Notes: generated by a model not told the origin, from the letters alone. Shown: positions 1 through 10,282, counted from the stretch's first letter. The stretch: 64,000 nt of DNA from Methanomassiliicoccales archaeon (GCA_050010535.1 JBEKKT010000002.1:11247-75246); one strand, 5' to 3'. Numbers and translations are program-made.

Positions 1-681
1 GGAGCCGTGGCCAGGGTCATGGGGAACTTCGGATTCGACGAGCTCTTCCTCGTCGGCCCCTGCGAAATCACCGATGAGGCGTTCAAGCGAGCGAAGCATG
101 CAGGCGACGTCCTGAGGAACACGACGTTGACTGATTCGCTCGAGAGCTCCTTGGAATCATGCTCGCTCGTCGTCGGCACGACCGGGATCATAACCGACAG
201 TGAGAAGCACTTCATCCGGATACCTTTGACCCCGAGAGAATTCGCCGAGAAGGTAAGGGAGAGCGAGGGGCTGATAGCCCTCGTGTTCGGAAGGGAAGAC
301 ATGGGCCTCTCGCAGGAAGAACTTGCGAGATGCGATGCTTTGCTCCACATCCCCGCGAGCGACGACTACCCAGTCCTCAATCTGTCCCACGCCGTGGCGG
401 TCGTCCTGTACGAACTGCACCTGCTTCCGGCGAGGAGGTTCTCTCCTTCGGAGGCGACGGACGTCGAGAAGGAGAAGCTCTTCGAGTTCTTCTCGGACTT
501 GCTAGATGCGATCAGATATCCGGAGTTCCGAAAGGAGAAAACCGAGATCATGTTCCGAAGGATGATGGGCAGGGCGGTCCCGACGAAATGGGAGTTCCAC
601 ACGATCATGGGCGTGATCGGAGATGCGGTCAAGAAGATAGAGAAATCGGAGAAGCAGAAGAACCAAGAAGACAAGGATTGA
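1..681 (+). CDS. trmJ: tRNA/rRNA 2'-O-methyltransferase, TrmJ/SPOUT family (5' end outside window)
   Basis: GAVARVMGNFG, LVFGREDMGL and YPVLNLSHAVAV are SPOUT motifs; frame open from base 1. Confidence 0.85.
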   Translation, partial: GAVARVMGNFGFDELFLVGPCEITDEAFKRAKHAGDVLRNTTLTDSLESSLESCSLVVGTTGIITDSEKHFIRIPLTPREFAEKVRESEGLIALVFGREDMGLSQEELARCDALLHIPASDDYPVLNLSHAVAVVLYELHLLPARRFSPSEATDVEKEKLFEFFSDLLDAIRYPEFRKEKTEIMFRRMMGRAVPTKWEFHTIMGVIGDAVKKIEKSEKQKNQEDKD

Positions 682-695
682 ACCGCTCGACGACC

Positions 696-1751
696 TCATC
701 GGGTGTACGTTACGACTACTTCCTCAAGCTGGTCCGGCATGTCATCGACAACGTCGATTTCCTCAACGTCATCATTGATCGGACTTATTCCAGTGAGTAC
801 CGCCATGACCCTAATCAAGCCCTCACAATGGTCGTCGATCCTTGCTCCGAATATGACGTTCGCGTCCGGATCGAGGGATTCTGTCATGCCTTCGACCACC
901 TTCGTGGCTTTCTTCAGAGTGAGATTCCTGCCACCGGTCACGTGTATCAATGCGCCAGTGGCGCCCTTGTAGTCGACGTAAAGCAACGGGTTGTCCAGAG
1001 TGTCCCGGACGACGCTCTCCGGATCCGAGTTCTCTCCGTAGAGCACGGTGGATATCCCGCCGTGGCTCATGATCGTCTTCAGATCCGCGAAATCGAGATT
1101 GATGAGCGAAGGCTCGGTTATGGCTTCGATCAGTCCCTTGACGACCTCGGAGATCAACTGGTCCATAACTCCGAAGGCCTGTTCTATTGGCAGGTTCGGA
1201 ACCATGTCTAGCAGGCGGTTGTTGTCGAGCAGCAGAAGAGTGTCCGAGACCGACCCCAATCTTCGGACACCTCTCGCGGCGTATTCCTTTCTGGATTTCT
1301 CAAAATCGAACGGGGTAGTGGCGATGGAGATGACGACGGAGCCGTACCGTCTAGCCGTCTCGGCGACTACCGGCGCCGTGCCGGTGCCGGTCCCTCCACC
1401 CATCCCGACCAAAACGAAGGTTAAGTCTGAATCATGGATTATCGCGTTCAGCGGCTCCCAGGCGTTCTCAGCACACACTCTGCCGATGTCCGGGTCCCCT
1501 CCGGCCCCGAAACCCCTCGTGACGCCAGCCCCTATCAGAAGCCTCTTATCAGCCCTTATGTTGGTCAGGTGCCTTCGGTCAGTGTTGATCGCGACGGTCT
1601 CGGCCCCTCTAAGGCCGAGACCGCTCAGTCGATTGATACTGTTGCAGCCGCCTCCGCCACATCCTATCACACGGATCTTCAGCTGCTGGGCTTCCTGTTC
1701 GAGGTCGTAATCCTCGATGTACTCCGATCCCACCTTCACACCCCGGCCCAT
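696..1751 (-). CDS. ftsZ: Cell division protein FtsZ (CdrS-linked, FtsZ2-like context)
   Basis: [18 protein letters not shown] tubulin signature, T7 loop NLDFADL; exact start uncertain. Confidence 0.9.
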   Translation of the reverse strand: MGRGVKVGSEYIEDYDLEQEAQQLKIRVIGCGGGGCNSINRLSGLGLRGAETVAINTDRRHLTNIRADKRLLIGAGVTRGFGAGGDPDIGRVCAENAWEPLNAIIHDSDLTFVLVGMGGGTGTGTAPVVAETARRYGSVVISIATTPFDFEKSRKEYAARGVRRLGSVSDTLLLLDNNRLLDMVPNLPIEQAFGVMDQLISEVVKGLIEAITEPSLINLDFADLKTIMSHGGISTVLYGENSDPESVVRDTLDNPLLYVDYKGATGALIHVTGGRNLTLKKATKVVEGMTESLDPDANVIFGARIDDHCEGLIRVMAVLTGISPINDDVEEIDVVDDMPDQLEEVVVTYTR

Positions 1752-1766
1752 CCCAACCGGATTAGG

Positions 1767-2078
1767 TCACTGCATCTCGTTCATTGCCTTCGAGATCCTT
1801 TTCCGAACGTATTCCCGAACCGCGTTCCTGATCGCATCGTCGATCGACACCGAATCTCCGTCCTTGACAAGCGCTTCCAGCTCCACGACGTTCCCCTTCG
1901 GCAGCTCGACCGTTACCCTTTCTATATACTCAGGAGTGAAATGCTTCTCGACGAAGGTGTCTATAGCAGTTCGTATCGCATCCGATATCGTCGGGAAAGT
2001 CCCGCTTTCCACCAACGCCTGCAGGGCCTTGACTTTCTCAGCAGGAATCCTTACCGTAATCCGCTCGGTACCGTTCAT
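1767..2078 (-). CDS. Tandem ribbon-helix-helix regulator, CdrS-like
   Basis: Two RHH units (ERITVRIP...SDAIRTAI; ERVTVELP...DDAIRNAV); directly upstream of ftsZ; start placed at ATG 2078 (MNGTERIT). Confidence 0.8.
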   Translation of the reverse strand: MNGTERITVRIPAEKVKALQALVESGTFPTISDAIRTAIDTFVEKHFTPEYIERVTVELPKGNVVELEALVKDGDSVSIDDAIRNAVREYVRKRISKAMNEMQ

Positions 2079-2099
2079 GGCACAGACCCTTTTGCCCTT

Positions 2100-2136
2100 A
2101 TTTGTCCGACAATTTGGGCAATATCGTCGGACAAAT
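2100..2136. promoter_or_regulatory. 11-bp perfect inverted repeat, candidate operator
   Basis: ATTTGTCCGAC-N15-GTCGGACAAAT between a minus-strand TTAAATA box (~2156-2162) and the RHH start. Confidence 0.55.
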
Positions 2137-2479
2137 GTCATTATGTTGATTGCAGTATTTAAGGTTGGCGGGGCTGATGAACTGTTAACTTAGTGTTGGT
2201 TTTTGAATACTGGCTGACTAACGATTCGCTGACAGAAAGGCGGATTCTGCCGAATTTGGGATTCTCCTCTGAACTTCCTCCAATAATCTGTCCAATCACA
2301 AACCCGTCCAACATGTTCATCGCCCCCCTTGAAGCTGCCGTACTCCGAGGGACATTTCGTATTCGTCAGGAAATGTGCCAGGAGTGTTGGTCTTTGCTAG
2401 TCCGATTCTCATTCTGCAACAACGCGAGTATAAGAACCTATATAAAGAAGCATTTAAATAACCGGGCTCAGGTGACCCA

Positions 2480-3028
2480 ATGGCCAAGATAAAGATCGAG
2501 AATGTTGTGGCTTCTACATCACTGGGCGAAGAGCTGGATCTGCAATCCATCGCGCTCGCACTCGATGGTGCTGAATATGAGCCCGAGCAGTTTCCAGGCC
2601 TGATCTACAGACTGAAAGATCCTAAGACCGCGACATTGCTTTTCAGAAGCGGGAAGGTCGTTTGCACAGGCGCGAAGAGCCTGGAGCATGTCAAGGTTGC
2701 GATCAACAAGGTCGCGAAGCAGATCGAGCGCGCAGGCATCAAGGTCAAGATGGAGCCGAAGATCGAGGTCCAGAACATCGTTGCTTCCTCGGATCTCGGC
2801 ACCGAGATCAACTTGAACGCCATCGCAATCTCGCTTGGCCTGGAGAAGGTCGAGTACGAGCCCGAGCAGTTCCCCGGTCTTGTGTACAGGATCGACGAGC
2901 CCAAGGTCGTCGTTCTCCTGTTCGGTTCCGGCAAGCTCGTTTGCACAGGCGCAAGAAAGCCCCAGGACGTCGAGGCCGCGGTGAACAAGATCACTGAGGA
3001 GCTAAAGGCGGCCGGACTATTGCACTGA
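2480..3028 (+). CDS. tbp: TATA-box binding protein
   Basis: Two repeats of NVVAS...YEPEQFPGL.YR...LLF.SGK.VCTGA. Confidence 0.97.
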   Translation: MAKIKIENVVASTSLGEELDLQSIALALDGAEYEPEQFPGLIYRLKDPKTATLLFRSGKVVCTGAKSLEHVKVAINKVAKQIERAGIKVKMEPKIEVQNIVASSDLGTEINLNAIAISLGLEKVEYEPEQFPGLVYRIDEPKVVVLLFGSGKLVCTGARKPQDVEAAVNKITEELKAAGLLH

Positions 3029-3031
3029 GCC

Positions 3032-3871
3032 ATGAGCCTCCCGATACTGGACAACCACATTCATCTTCAACCTTCAGGCAAGAATGTCGAGGCTTTGAAA
3101 GAGTTCTCCAGAGCAGGAGGGACGCACGTCGTCCTCTCACAGCTTCCGTACGAAGAGGTCCAGATCAGAGAAGAGAAAGACTTCAGAGCGTCATATCAGA
3201 TTACTATAGATATCGCGGAGAGGGCGAGGAAGGAAACAGACGTTGGAGTCTTCGTGTCCGTCGGACCATATCCAGTTCTCCTCCTTGGCCTGGCAGAAGG
3301 ATACGGACTCGGAAGGGCGATCGAGATCATGAAAGGAGGGATGGACATCGCCGGCGAGCTCGTGCAGGAGGGAAAGGCCATCGCGATAGGCGAGATCGGC
3401 AGACCCCATTTCCCCGTGTCGCCGGAGATGCTCCAGGCCTCAAACGAGATCATGCGTTATGGCATGGAGGTCGCTTCGGACTTCGGATGCGCGGTGGTAC
3501 TCCATACGGAGAGCGCGACGCCCGAATCCATGAGGGAGATAGCTGGCATGGCCGATTCTGCTGGGCTGGATAGGGGAAAGGTCGTGAAGCACTACTGTCC
3601 TCCAATGGTCCTTGAAGAGGAAAACCATGGCCTCTTTCCCTCCGTGCTCGCAGGCAGGACCTCGATTGCAGAGGCTCTTCGAAAGGGTACAAGGTTCATG
3701 ATGGAGACGGACTACCTCGACGACCTCTCCAGGCCCGGAGCGGTCATGTCGATTACGACGGTGCCGAAAAGGACGAAGGCGCTCATGAGCTCTGGGTCGA
3801 TCTCAGAGGAAGTCACATCGAGAATTCACAAAGACAATCCTGAGAAGGTATACGAGGTCGAAATTGACTGA
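3032..3871 (+). CDS. TatD-like metal-dependent hydrolase
   Basis: DNHIH, IGEIGRPHF, VVLHTE, ETDY amidohydrolase-type motifs. Confidence 0.8.
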   Translation: MSLPILDNHIHLQPSGKNVEALKEFSRAGGTHVVLSQLPYEEVQIREEKDFRASYQITIDIAERARKETDVGVFVSVGPYPVLLLGLAEGYGLGRAIEIMKGGMDIAGELVQEGKAIAIGEIGRPHFPVSPEMLQASNEIMRYGMEVASDFGCAVVLHTESATPESMREIAGMADSAGLDRGKVVKHYCPPMVLEEENHGLFPSVLAGRTSIAEALRKGTRFMMETDYLDDLSRPGAVMSITTVPKRTKALMSSGSISEEVTSRIHKDNPEKVYEVEID

Positions 3872-3889
3872 ATTCCAGATCTCCGCCCT

Positions 3890-4171
3890 CTAGTCACAAT
3901 ATCGAATCTCGAAGCCGTCGAATTCGCCAATGCACTCGACCCAATCAATCTCGACGCTGTCGATCCTCGCAGCGGGGTGCTCGGTCCTCAACTTTCTTAC
4001 GATTCTCTCGATGTCCTCTCTCTCCCCTTCGAATACTGCCCGGACCGAGCCGTCGGGCATGTTCATCACCCAACCGACGATTCCGATCTCAGTGGCGAAG
4101 CGTCTCGTGTAGTCCCTGAAATACACACCCTGAACATTGCCAGTGAACTTCGCTTCCGCCCTGATCCTCAT
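3890..4171 (-). CDS. acyP: Acylphosphatase
   Basis: GNVQGVYFR and GWVMNMPDGSV motifs; start placed at ATG 4171. Confidence 0.9.
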   Translation of the reverse strand: MRIRAEAKFTGNVQGVYFRDYTRRFATEIGIVGWVMNMPDGSVRAVFEGEREDIERIVRKLRTEHPAARIDSVEIDWVECIGEFDGFEIRYCD

Positions 4172-4372
4172 CGAATGGTGCATCGTTTCTCTGCAGAAAA
4201 GGACTTCGCATTGTCGAGAGGGACGGAAACCCCCTTCCCGGGCAGCCATAGCATGTCCCTCCCAGCCGCGTGGAATCGGTAAACCTTATATGCTTGATTG
4301 CGACATAATAACTCTCCGGGATGCACGTTTCTGGGATGGGAGCGGGCATTGGGTCAAGGATGGTGAAGGAGG

Positions 4373-5488
4373 ATGAAATCTTCATTGGCAGAGTCCCTCA
4401 CTAAAGGAATCGGTGGAGGGACTGGGGTACCGGCGACAGATGCTCCGGGCGAGACCGCATCGGACGCCGAATTGATCGATATCCTACAGAAACTGAGGAC
4501 GAACATCACGATCGTCGGAATCGGCGGCGGGGGGTGCAACACGATTGCAAGGATATGCGAGGAGGGCATCGCAGGCGTCAATCTCTACGCCGCGAACACC
4601 GACGCTCAGCACCTTCTCACACTCAAGTCGCCGAACAAGATACTGCTGGGCCGGAGGAGCACACGTGGACTCGGAGCCGGGGCACTCCCGCAGGTGGGGG
4701 AGGAGGCCGCGCGCGAAGCCGAAGAGGAGCTCAGGAAGGCGCTCACTGGTGCTAACATGGTGTTCGTCACCGCGGGCATGGGTGGAGGGACCGGCACCGG
4801 AGGAGCTGCCGTTGTCGCCGAAATCGCAAAGGAGATCGGAGCGTTGACAGTCGCAATCACGACGATTCCGTTCAGAGGCGAGGGGCGCCTCAGAATGGAG
4901 AACGCAGAGTGGGGTTTGGAGCGGCTGAGAAACGTCGCTGACACGGTCATCGTGATCCCGAACGACCGGCTACTTCAACTCGTGCCAAGGCTTTCGCTGA
5001 ACTCCGCATTCAAAGTGGCTGACGAAGTGCTCATGAGAGCGATCAAGGGAATAACCGAGCTGATCACGAAACCTGGCCTCGTTAACCTGGACTTCAACGA
5101 TGTGAAGACGATCATGAAAGGGGCAGGAGTGGCGATGATAGGCCTCGGGGAATCCTCTGGTCACATCGACGAGCGTGCCGAGGAGGCATTGGAGCAGGCG
5201 CTGAGCTCGCCGCTGCTCGAGGTCGACATCAGCAACGCAACGGGCGTGCTGATAAACGTCGTCGGCGGACCTGACATGACGATCTCAGAGGCGGAGAAAG
5301 TCGCCGAGGAGGTCCAGAAGAAGGTCAGCGCCAGCGCAAGAATCCTGTGGGGAGCCGCGATAGACCCGACGCTTGAGCACAAGATGAGGGTACTCCTCGT
5401 GATGACTGGCGTCCAGTCGAAGCAAATACTTGGAAGAGCAGAGGACTACACGCGCGTGAAGGGCGTGGACATCGATCTGATAAAGTAG
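4373..5488 (+). CDS. ftsZ: Cell division protein FtsZ (FtsZ1-like, copy A)
   Basis: [25 protein letters not shown]-terminal VDIDLIK. Confidence 0.95.
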   Translation: MKSSLAESLTKGIGGGTGVPATDAPGETASDAELIDILQKLRTNITIVGIGGGGCNTIARICEEGIAGVNLYAANTDAQHLLTLKSPNKILLGRRSTRGLGAGALPQVGEEAAREAEEELRKALTGANMVFVTAGMGGGTGTGGAAVVAEIAKEIGALTVAITTIPFRGEGRLRMENAEWGLERLRNVADTVIVIPNDRLLQLVPRLSLNSAFKVADEVLMRAIKGITELITKPGLVNLDFNDVKTIMKGAGVAMIGLGESSGHIDERAEEALEQALSSPLLEVDISNATGVLINVVGGPDMTISEAEKVAEEVQKKVSASARILWGAAIDPTLEHKMRVLLVMTGVQSKQILGRAEDYTRVKGVDIDLIK

Positions 5489-5723
5489 AGAAGCAACGTT
5501 GCGAGCACGTTCGAAAGGACGGACTAGCCTTCCCATTGACCCGCCCCCGGGAATCCCGTTCCGATGCACCCGACGTCCAACGCGAAGTGACGAGGACGTC
5601 GAGCACGTCGATGTTTCGCCATCCCAGACGTGATTCACCGATGCTGATTCACCGAAACATATTAGAACACAAATGCACGTAAGGCTGTAAACAGAGTGAA
5701 TCGATTCAGTATTGACTTGCTGA

Positions 5724-6866
5724 ATGACGCTCCAGGGAGGTCTTGTCGTGAAATCGTTCATCAGTGACGCATTGTCTCGTGCCGAAACAAATGCCGCAGA
5801 AATGGCGCCTCTGGCGATGACGCCACCGTTTGAGGGATACTCTGCAGAGGACGAAGAACTCGAGAAGATACTTGCCAGCCTGAAGACCAACATCAAGATC
5901 ATAGGTTGCGGCGGCGGAGGATCGAACACGATAGACCGCCTCGTCGAGTCCGGCATCATCGGTGCGGACCTGTACGCCGCGAATACCGACGCTCAGCACC
6001 TTTTGGTTGTAAGGGCGCCGCACAAGGTCCTACTCGGAAGAAGGAGCACAAGGGGGCTTGGGGCTGGATCGTTGCCACAGGTCGGAGAGGAAGCTGCACG
6101 CGAAGCCGAAGAGGATATCAGGAAGATACTGACAGGAGCGGACATCGTTTTCATAACAGCCGGGCTCGGAGGCGGAACCGGGACGGGCTCTGCGCCGTTC
6201 ATCGCCCAGATAGCCAAGGATGCTGGGGCGTTGACCGTCGCTATCTGCACTTCGCCGTTCAAGGCGGAAGGCGCGATCAGAATGGAGAACGCCGAGTGGG
6301 GTCTGGAGCGGCTGAGAAACGTTGCTGATACCGTCATAGTTATCCCGAACGACAAGCTGCTGGAGCTTGTTCCGAGGCTGTCCCTGAACGCCGCGTTCAA
6401 GGTCGCGGATGAGGTCCTCATGCGGGCGATAAAGGGCATCACAGAACTGATCACGAAGCCAGGACTGGTCAACCTGGACTTCAACGACCTCAGAACGATC
6501 ATGAAGGGCGGAGGCGTCGCGATGATCGGACTTGGTGAGGGCGAGGACGACGACCGCATTGACCAAGCCGTGGATCAAGCGATCAATTCACCGTTGATAG
6601 ACGTTGACATAAGCGGAGCGTCCGGGGCGTTGGTCAACGTGACCGGCGGAGAGAACATGACCGTCACGGAGGCGGAGAAGGTCGCGGAGATCATCCAGTC
6701 GAGGGTCAGCCCGAACGCGAGGATCATCTGGGGCGCTGTAATAGACCCGACCCTCAACGACAAGGTCAGGGTGATGGTTGTCATCACTGGTGTGAAGTCG
6801 AAGTACATCCTTGGCCCCAAAGAGACTCAGACCGCGAAGACCATGGACGTCGATTTTATAAGGTAG
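5724..6866 (+). CDS. ftsZ: Cell division protein FtsZ (FtsZ1-like, copy B)
   Basis: GCGGGGSN, GLGGGTGTG, NLDFNDL; precedes secE-spt5 as is typical of ftsZ1; start may be GTG 5748. Confidence 0.95.
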   Translation: MTLQGGLVVKSFISDALSRAETNAAEMAPLAMTPPFEGYSAEDEELEKILASLKTNIKIIGCGGGGSNTIDRLVESGIIGADLYAANTDAQHLLVVRAPHKVLLGRRSTRGLGAGSLPQVGEEAAREAEEDIRKILTGADIVFITAGLGGGTGTGSAPFIAQIAKDAGALTVAICTSPFKAEGAIRMENAEWGLERLRNVADTVIVIPNDKLLELVPRLSLNAAFKVADEVLMRAIKGITELITKPGLVNLDFNDLRTIMKGGGVAMIGLGEGEDDDRIDQAVDQAINSPLIDVDISGASGALVNVTGGENMTVTEAEKVAEIIQSRVSPNARIIWGAVIDPTLNDKVRVMVVITGVKSKYILGPKETQTAKTMDVDFIR

Positions 6867-6912
6867 AGGTGCTTCACCCCCTCACGCTAAGCTGAAACAA
6901 GAGTGCATCAAA

Positions 6913-7137
6913 ATGGACGTAGTCGGGAAATCCTGGGAAGTCCAGAAGGACATAGAGGACCGAGTCAAACACGTCGGCAAGGGCAAGTATGGCAGAGTGT
7001 TGAAGATGGCCCGGAAGCCGAACAACGAGGAGTACGTCCGGACGGTCGAAATCACAGGCCTCGGTCTTATTCTCATCGGGGGCCTCGGCTTCCTGATCTA
7101 CTGGCTCATGGTTTATCTGCCGGGTTTCTTCAGCTAA
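6913..7137 (+). CDS. secE: Protein translocase SecE/Sec61-gamma
   Basis: [14 protein letters not shown] followed by one TM helix; ftsZ-secE-spt5 order. Confidence 0.92.
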   Translation: MDVVGKSWEVQKDIEDRVKHVGKGKYGRVLKMARKPNNEEYVRTVEITGLGLILIGGLGFLIYWLMVYLPGFFS

Positions 7138-7151
7138 AGGAGAGGTTGCAT

Positions 7152-8045
7152 TTGGAACTATCTGGAATTAGTGAAGGTAGTAAAGGGCCCGCCCAGCCTC
7201 AGACGACTGTGAGTGGCAGGCTCGCATTCCAAGGTGAGAGTACAGAGAGGAAGCTCCCGGCCGGCGGACGGACGAGCTGGAAAATCCAGCTGATGCCGAG
7301 CGAGAACAGGAAGAAAAAGGTCAAGATCAAAATCGAGGTTGCCCTGCAAGGCGAGGTTGAAGAAGCCCCGGAGTGGGGTGTGACGTTAAGCGATGCTCGG
7401 TCGGTGCTCTGGGAGAGCGCGGCCCAGCTCCCGCCCGAGGTTGAGATCACACTCGAGGGCGGGAAGGCGAAGGAGTTGACGCTCGACCTCGAGGCACCAA
7501 AGGGAGGGCGCTTCGGGGACCAGGTCAAGGTCGCTCTGCAAGCATCCGACACTGATTCTCCGACCGAGGTTGCCTGGATCGAGTTCTCGGCCGCGGCGAG
7601 GCAGTCTATCCTTGCGTTGAAGACATCCATAGGCCACGAGAGGAACGTCGCCGACAGCGTCGCGAGCAAGGCTAAGTCCGGCAAGACAGGGATATTCGCA
7701 ATCCTTGCGCCGACGTCGTTGCGCGGTTACGTTCTGATCGAGGGTATGAACACAGACTTATTGCGTGAGAACGTCAGAGGGATAAGGAGGACGAGGGGGC
7801 TCGTCGACGGCGAGACAAGCTTTGATGAGATAGACCACTTCCTGACGCCAAAGCCCTTGGTCTCGGGAATCATGGAAGGTGACGTCATCGAGCTTATCGC
7901 CGGCCCGTTCAAGGGAGAGAAGGCCAGGGTACAGAAGATCGACGAGAGCAAGGAAGAGATCACTGTCGAGCTGTTCGAGGCCATGGTCCCGATCCCCGTT
8001 ACAGTCAGGGGGGACCACGTTAGAGTCCTCGAGAAAGATAGGTGA
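7152..8045 (+). CDS. spt5: Transcription elongation factor Spt5/NusG with N-terminal extension
   Basis: NGN domain ([12 protein letters not shown]...GYVLIEG) and KOW ([10 protein letters not shown]); TTG 7152 preceded by AAGGAGAGG. Confidence 0.9.
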   Translation: MELSGISEGSKGPAQPQTTVSGRLAFQGESTERKLPAGGRTSWKIQLMPSENRKKKVKIKIEVALQGEVEEAPEWGVTLSDARSVLWESAAQLPPEVEITLEGGKAKELTLDLEAPKGGRFGDQVKVALQASDTDSPTEVAWIEFSAAARQSILALKTSIGHERNVADSVASKAKSGKTGIFAILAPTSLRGYVLIEGMNTDLLRENVRGIRRTRGLVDGETSFDEIDHFLTPKPLVSGIMEGDVIELIAGPFKGEKARVQKIDESKEEITVELFEAMVPIPVTVRGDHVRVLEKDR

Positions 8046-8049
8046 TTGA

Positions 8050-8529
8050 ATGGCGGAGACTATTGAAGTTCTTGTTGATGGAGGAAAGGCCACGCCAGGC
8101 CCTCCCCTGGGTCCGGCATTGGGTCCATTGGGAGTGAACGTCGTCCAAATAGTGAGCGCGATAAACGAGAAGACGAAGAACTTCGAGGGGATGAAGGTCC
8201 CGGTGAAGGTCACGGTCGACCCCAAGACGAAGGGGTTCGACATCAAGGTGGGCACGCCTCCGACATCCGCGCTCGTTCTGAAGGAGATCGGCGCTGAGAA
8301 GGGGTCGGGTGCGGCGAAGATCACCAAAGCGGGCAACATCACTATCGACCAGGCGATCAAGATAGCGAAGATGAAGGAAGAGTCCCTTCTCGGCAAGACC
8401 CTGAAGAAGAGGGTGCTAGAGGTCACAGGAGCCTGCGTCTCGATCGGAGTGACCGTCGAGGGCCACGAACCGAAGGACATCCAGAAGGACATAATCGCCG
8501 GGAAGTTCGACGACAAGCTAGTCAAGTGA
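8050..8529 (+). CDS. rpl11: 50S ribosomal protein L11
   Basis: GGKATPGPPLGPALGPLG. Confidence 0.97.
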   Translation: MAETIEVLVDGGKATPGPPLGPALGPLGVNVVQIVSAINEKTKNFEGMKVPVKVTVDPKTKGFDIKVGTPPTSALVLKEIGAEKGSGAAKITKAGNITIDQAIKIAKMKEESLLGKTLKKRVLEVTGACVSIGVTVEGHEPKDIQKDIIAGKFDDKLVK

Positions 8530-8576
8530 GTCCCACAAAGCTTATAAATGGAAGGGGTGTTTAAGGGACTCCACCG

Positions 8577-8608
8577 CTGTAGGAGAGCATAGCTCGTTAG
8601 CACTACAG
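8577..8608 (+). promoter_or_regulatory. Putative L1-binding leader hairpin
   Basis: CUGUAG-GA-GAGC-AUA-GCUC-GUUAGCA-CUACAG: two helices around an asymmetric internal loop, 3' arm runs into the AGGAGG SD of rpl1. Confidence 0.55.
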
Positions 8609-8619
8609 GAGGAATTGAA

Positions 8620-9258
8620 TTGGCAGAGAAGGCAACGATGCAAGCCGTCAAAAAGGCGCTCGAGAAAGCGAAGAAGCGCAACTTTAAGGAGACGGTCGAC
8701 TTATCAATCAATTTGAAGGATATCGATCTTTCCGTCCCTAAGAACAGGATCCAGGACGATATCATTTTGCCGTACGGACGCGGGAGGAGCGTCAGGATAT
8801 GCGTGATTGGTAGCAGCGAGCTCGCTCAGAAATCGAGGGCTGTTGCCGACAGGGTCGTGACTCCGGACGAGCTTGCGACCATCGCAGACGACAAGAAGGA
8901 GGCGAAGAAGGTAGCGGCACAATTCGACTACTTCATCGCCGAGGCGCCACTGATGCCCACGATCGGTAAGAGGTTGGGCGTTGTGCTCGCACCGCGCGGA
9001 AAGATGCCGAAACCCATACCGCCAGGAGCGGATCCTAAGTCAATGATCGAAAACATGCGCAAGACGATCACGGTCAGGAGCCGGGACAAGAGAACGTTCC
9101 ATGCAACGGTCGGTTCTGCCGACATGCCTGTCGAGCAGATAGCGGAGAACGTGGATTCCATCATCAAGAGGGTGGCGTCCAAGATGGAAAGGGGAATGAT
9201 GAACATTGCCTCAGTCTACGTGAAGACGACGATGGGCCCCTCCGAGAGGGTGAAGTAG
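8620..9258 (+). CDS. rpl1: 50S ribosomal protein L1
   Basis: KRNFKETVDLSINLK, LAPRGKMP, KTTMGP; TTG start. Confidence 0.97.
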   Translation: MAEKATMQAVKKALEKAKKRNFKETVDLSINLKDIDLSVPKNRIQDDIILPYGRGRSVRICVIGSSELAQKSRAVADRVVTPDELATIADDKKEAKKVAAQFDYFIAEAPLMPTIGKRLGVVLAPRGKMPKPIPPGADPKSMIENMRKTITVRSRDKRTFHATVGSADMPVEQIAENVDSIIKRVASKMERGMMNIASVYVKTTMGPSERVK

Positions 9259-9268
9259 GAGGGTAGAT

Positions 9269-10282
9269 ATGGCACACGTCGCGCAGTGGAAGAAGGAAAA
9301 GGTCGTTGAGCTGGCCGAGATGATGAAGAAGAGCCCCGTCGTGGCGGTCGTCGACATACGCGGCATTCCCGCCCCCCAAATGCAGCAGATGAGGCTGAGG
9401 CTGAGGGGGAAGGCCACGATGATGATGACAAGGAACACCCTCATGAGCATCGCGATTGACGAGGCGGCAAAGGATAAGCCTGGCCTCGATTCACTCAAGG
9501 ACATCGTCGCCGGTCAGTGCGCGGTCATCGCCACCACGATGAACCCGTTCAAGCTCTTCAACGAAATGGAGAAGACGAAAACGAAGGCCCCGGCGAAAGC
9601 TGGGGACATCGCCCCAGAAGACATCGATGTCAAAGAGGGCGAGACACCTTTCAAGCCTGGACCGATTGTCGGCGAGCTTCAGAAGGCTGGCATCCCAGCG
9701 GGCATCGAGAGCGGCAAGGTCGTGTTCAAGAAGGACAAGGTCCTCGTGAAGAAAGGCGACAAGATCCCTGACGAGATAGCCAAGATTCTGCCGCGACTCG
9801 AAATATTCCCGATGACCGTCGGTCTGGACCTAAAGGCAGTGTACGAAGACGGCATCATATTCAATCGGGAACTGCTCCAGATCCCACCAGAGTACTATCC
9901 ATCGATGTTGGCAACGGCGGCAAGGAATGCGATGAGCCTCGGCGTCTCGATAGTATACGCGACGCCGCAGACGATTGCACCGCTCCTTGGAAAGGCATAT
10001 CGCGAAGCGTCTGCGCTGAGCGTTGCGGCAGCATTCCCGACGAAGGACAACATCAAAGCGCTCTTGGTGAAGGCGGATGCCGACATGCTCGCCGTCGCCT
10101 CCCGCATGCCGGGCTTCGAAGACGACAGGCTGAAGAGGATGATGACCTCAGCGCCGGCACCACAGCAAGCTGTGGCGCAGAAGACAGGGGACGGCAAAGA
10201 GAAAAAAGAAGAGAAGAAAGAGAAAGAGAAAGAGGTCAGCGAGGAAGAAGCCGCCGCCGGCCTCAGTGCTCTATTCGGATGA
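9269..10282 (+). CDS. rpl10: 50S ribosomal protein L10/P0
   Basis: [20 protein letters not shown], acidic C-terminal [13 protein letters not shown]. Confidence 0.97.
   Translation: MAHVAQWKKEKVVELAEMMKKSPVVAVVDIRGIPAPQMQQMRLRLRGKATMMMTRNTLMSIAIDEAAKDKPGLDSLKDIVAGQCAVIATTMNPFKLFNEMEKTKTKAPAKAGDIAPEDIDVKEGETPFKPGPIVGELQKAGIPAGIESGKVVFKKDKVLVKKGDKIPDEIAKILPRLEIFPMTVGLDLKAVYEDGIIFNRELLQIPPEYYPSMLATAARNAMSLGVSIVYATPQTIAPLLGKAYREASALSVAAAFPTKDNIKALLVKADADMLAVASRMPGFEDDRLKRMMTSAPAPQQAVAQKTGDGKEKKEEKKEKEKEVSEEEAAAGLSALFG

Noticed and set aside
330-1211. 293-aa plus-strand ORF and similar long antisense/overlapping ORFs (e.g. 1434-2162, 52033-52656, 55750-56376)
   Set aside because: Shadow frames of well-supported genes in GC-rich DNA, with no motifs
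2079-2141. CPNC zinc-finger-like N-terminal extension of the RHH protein
   Set aside because: This stretch coincides with the palindrome and leader; ATG 2078 matches the RHH family start better
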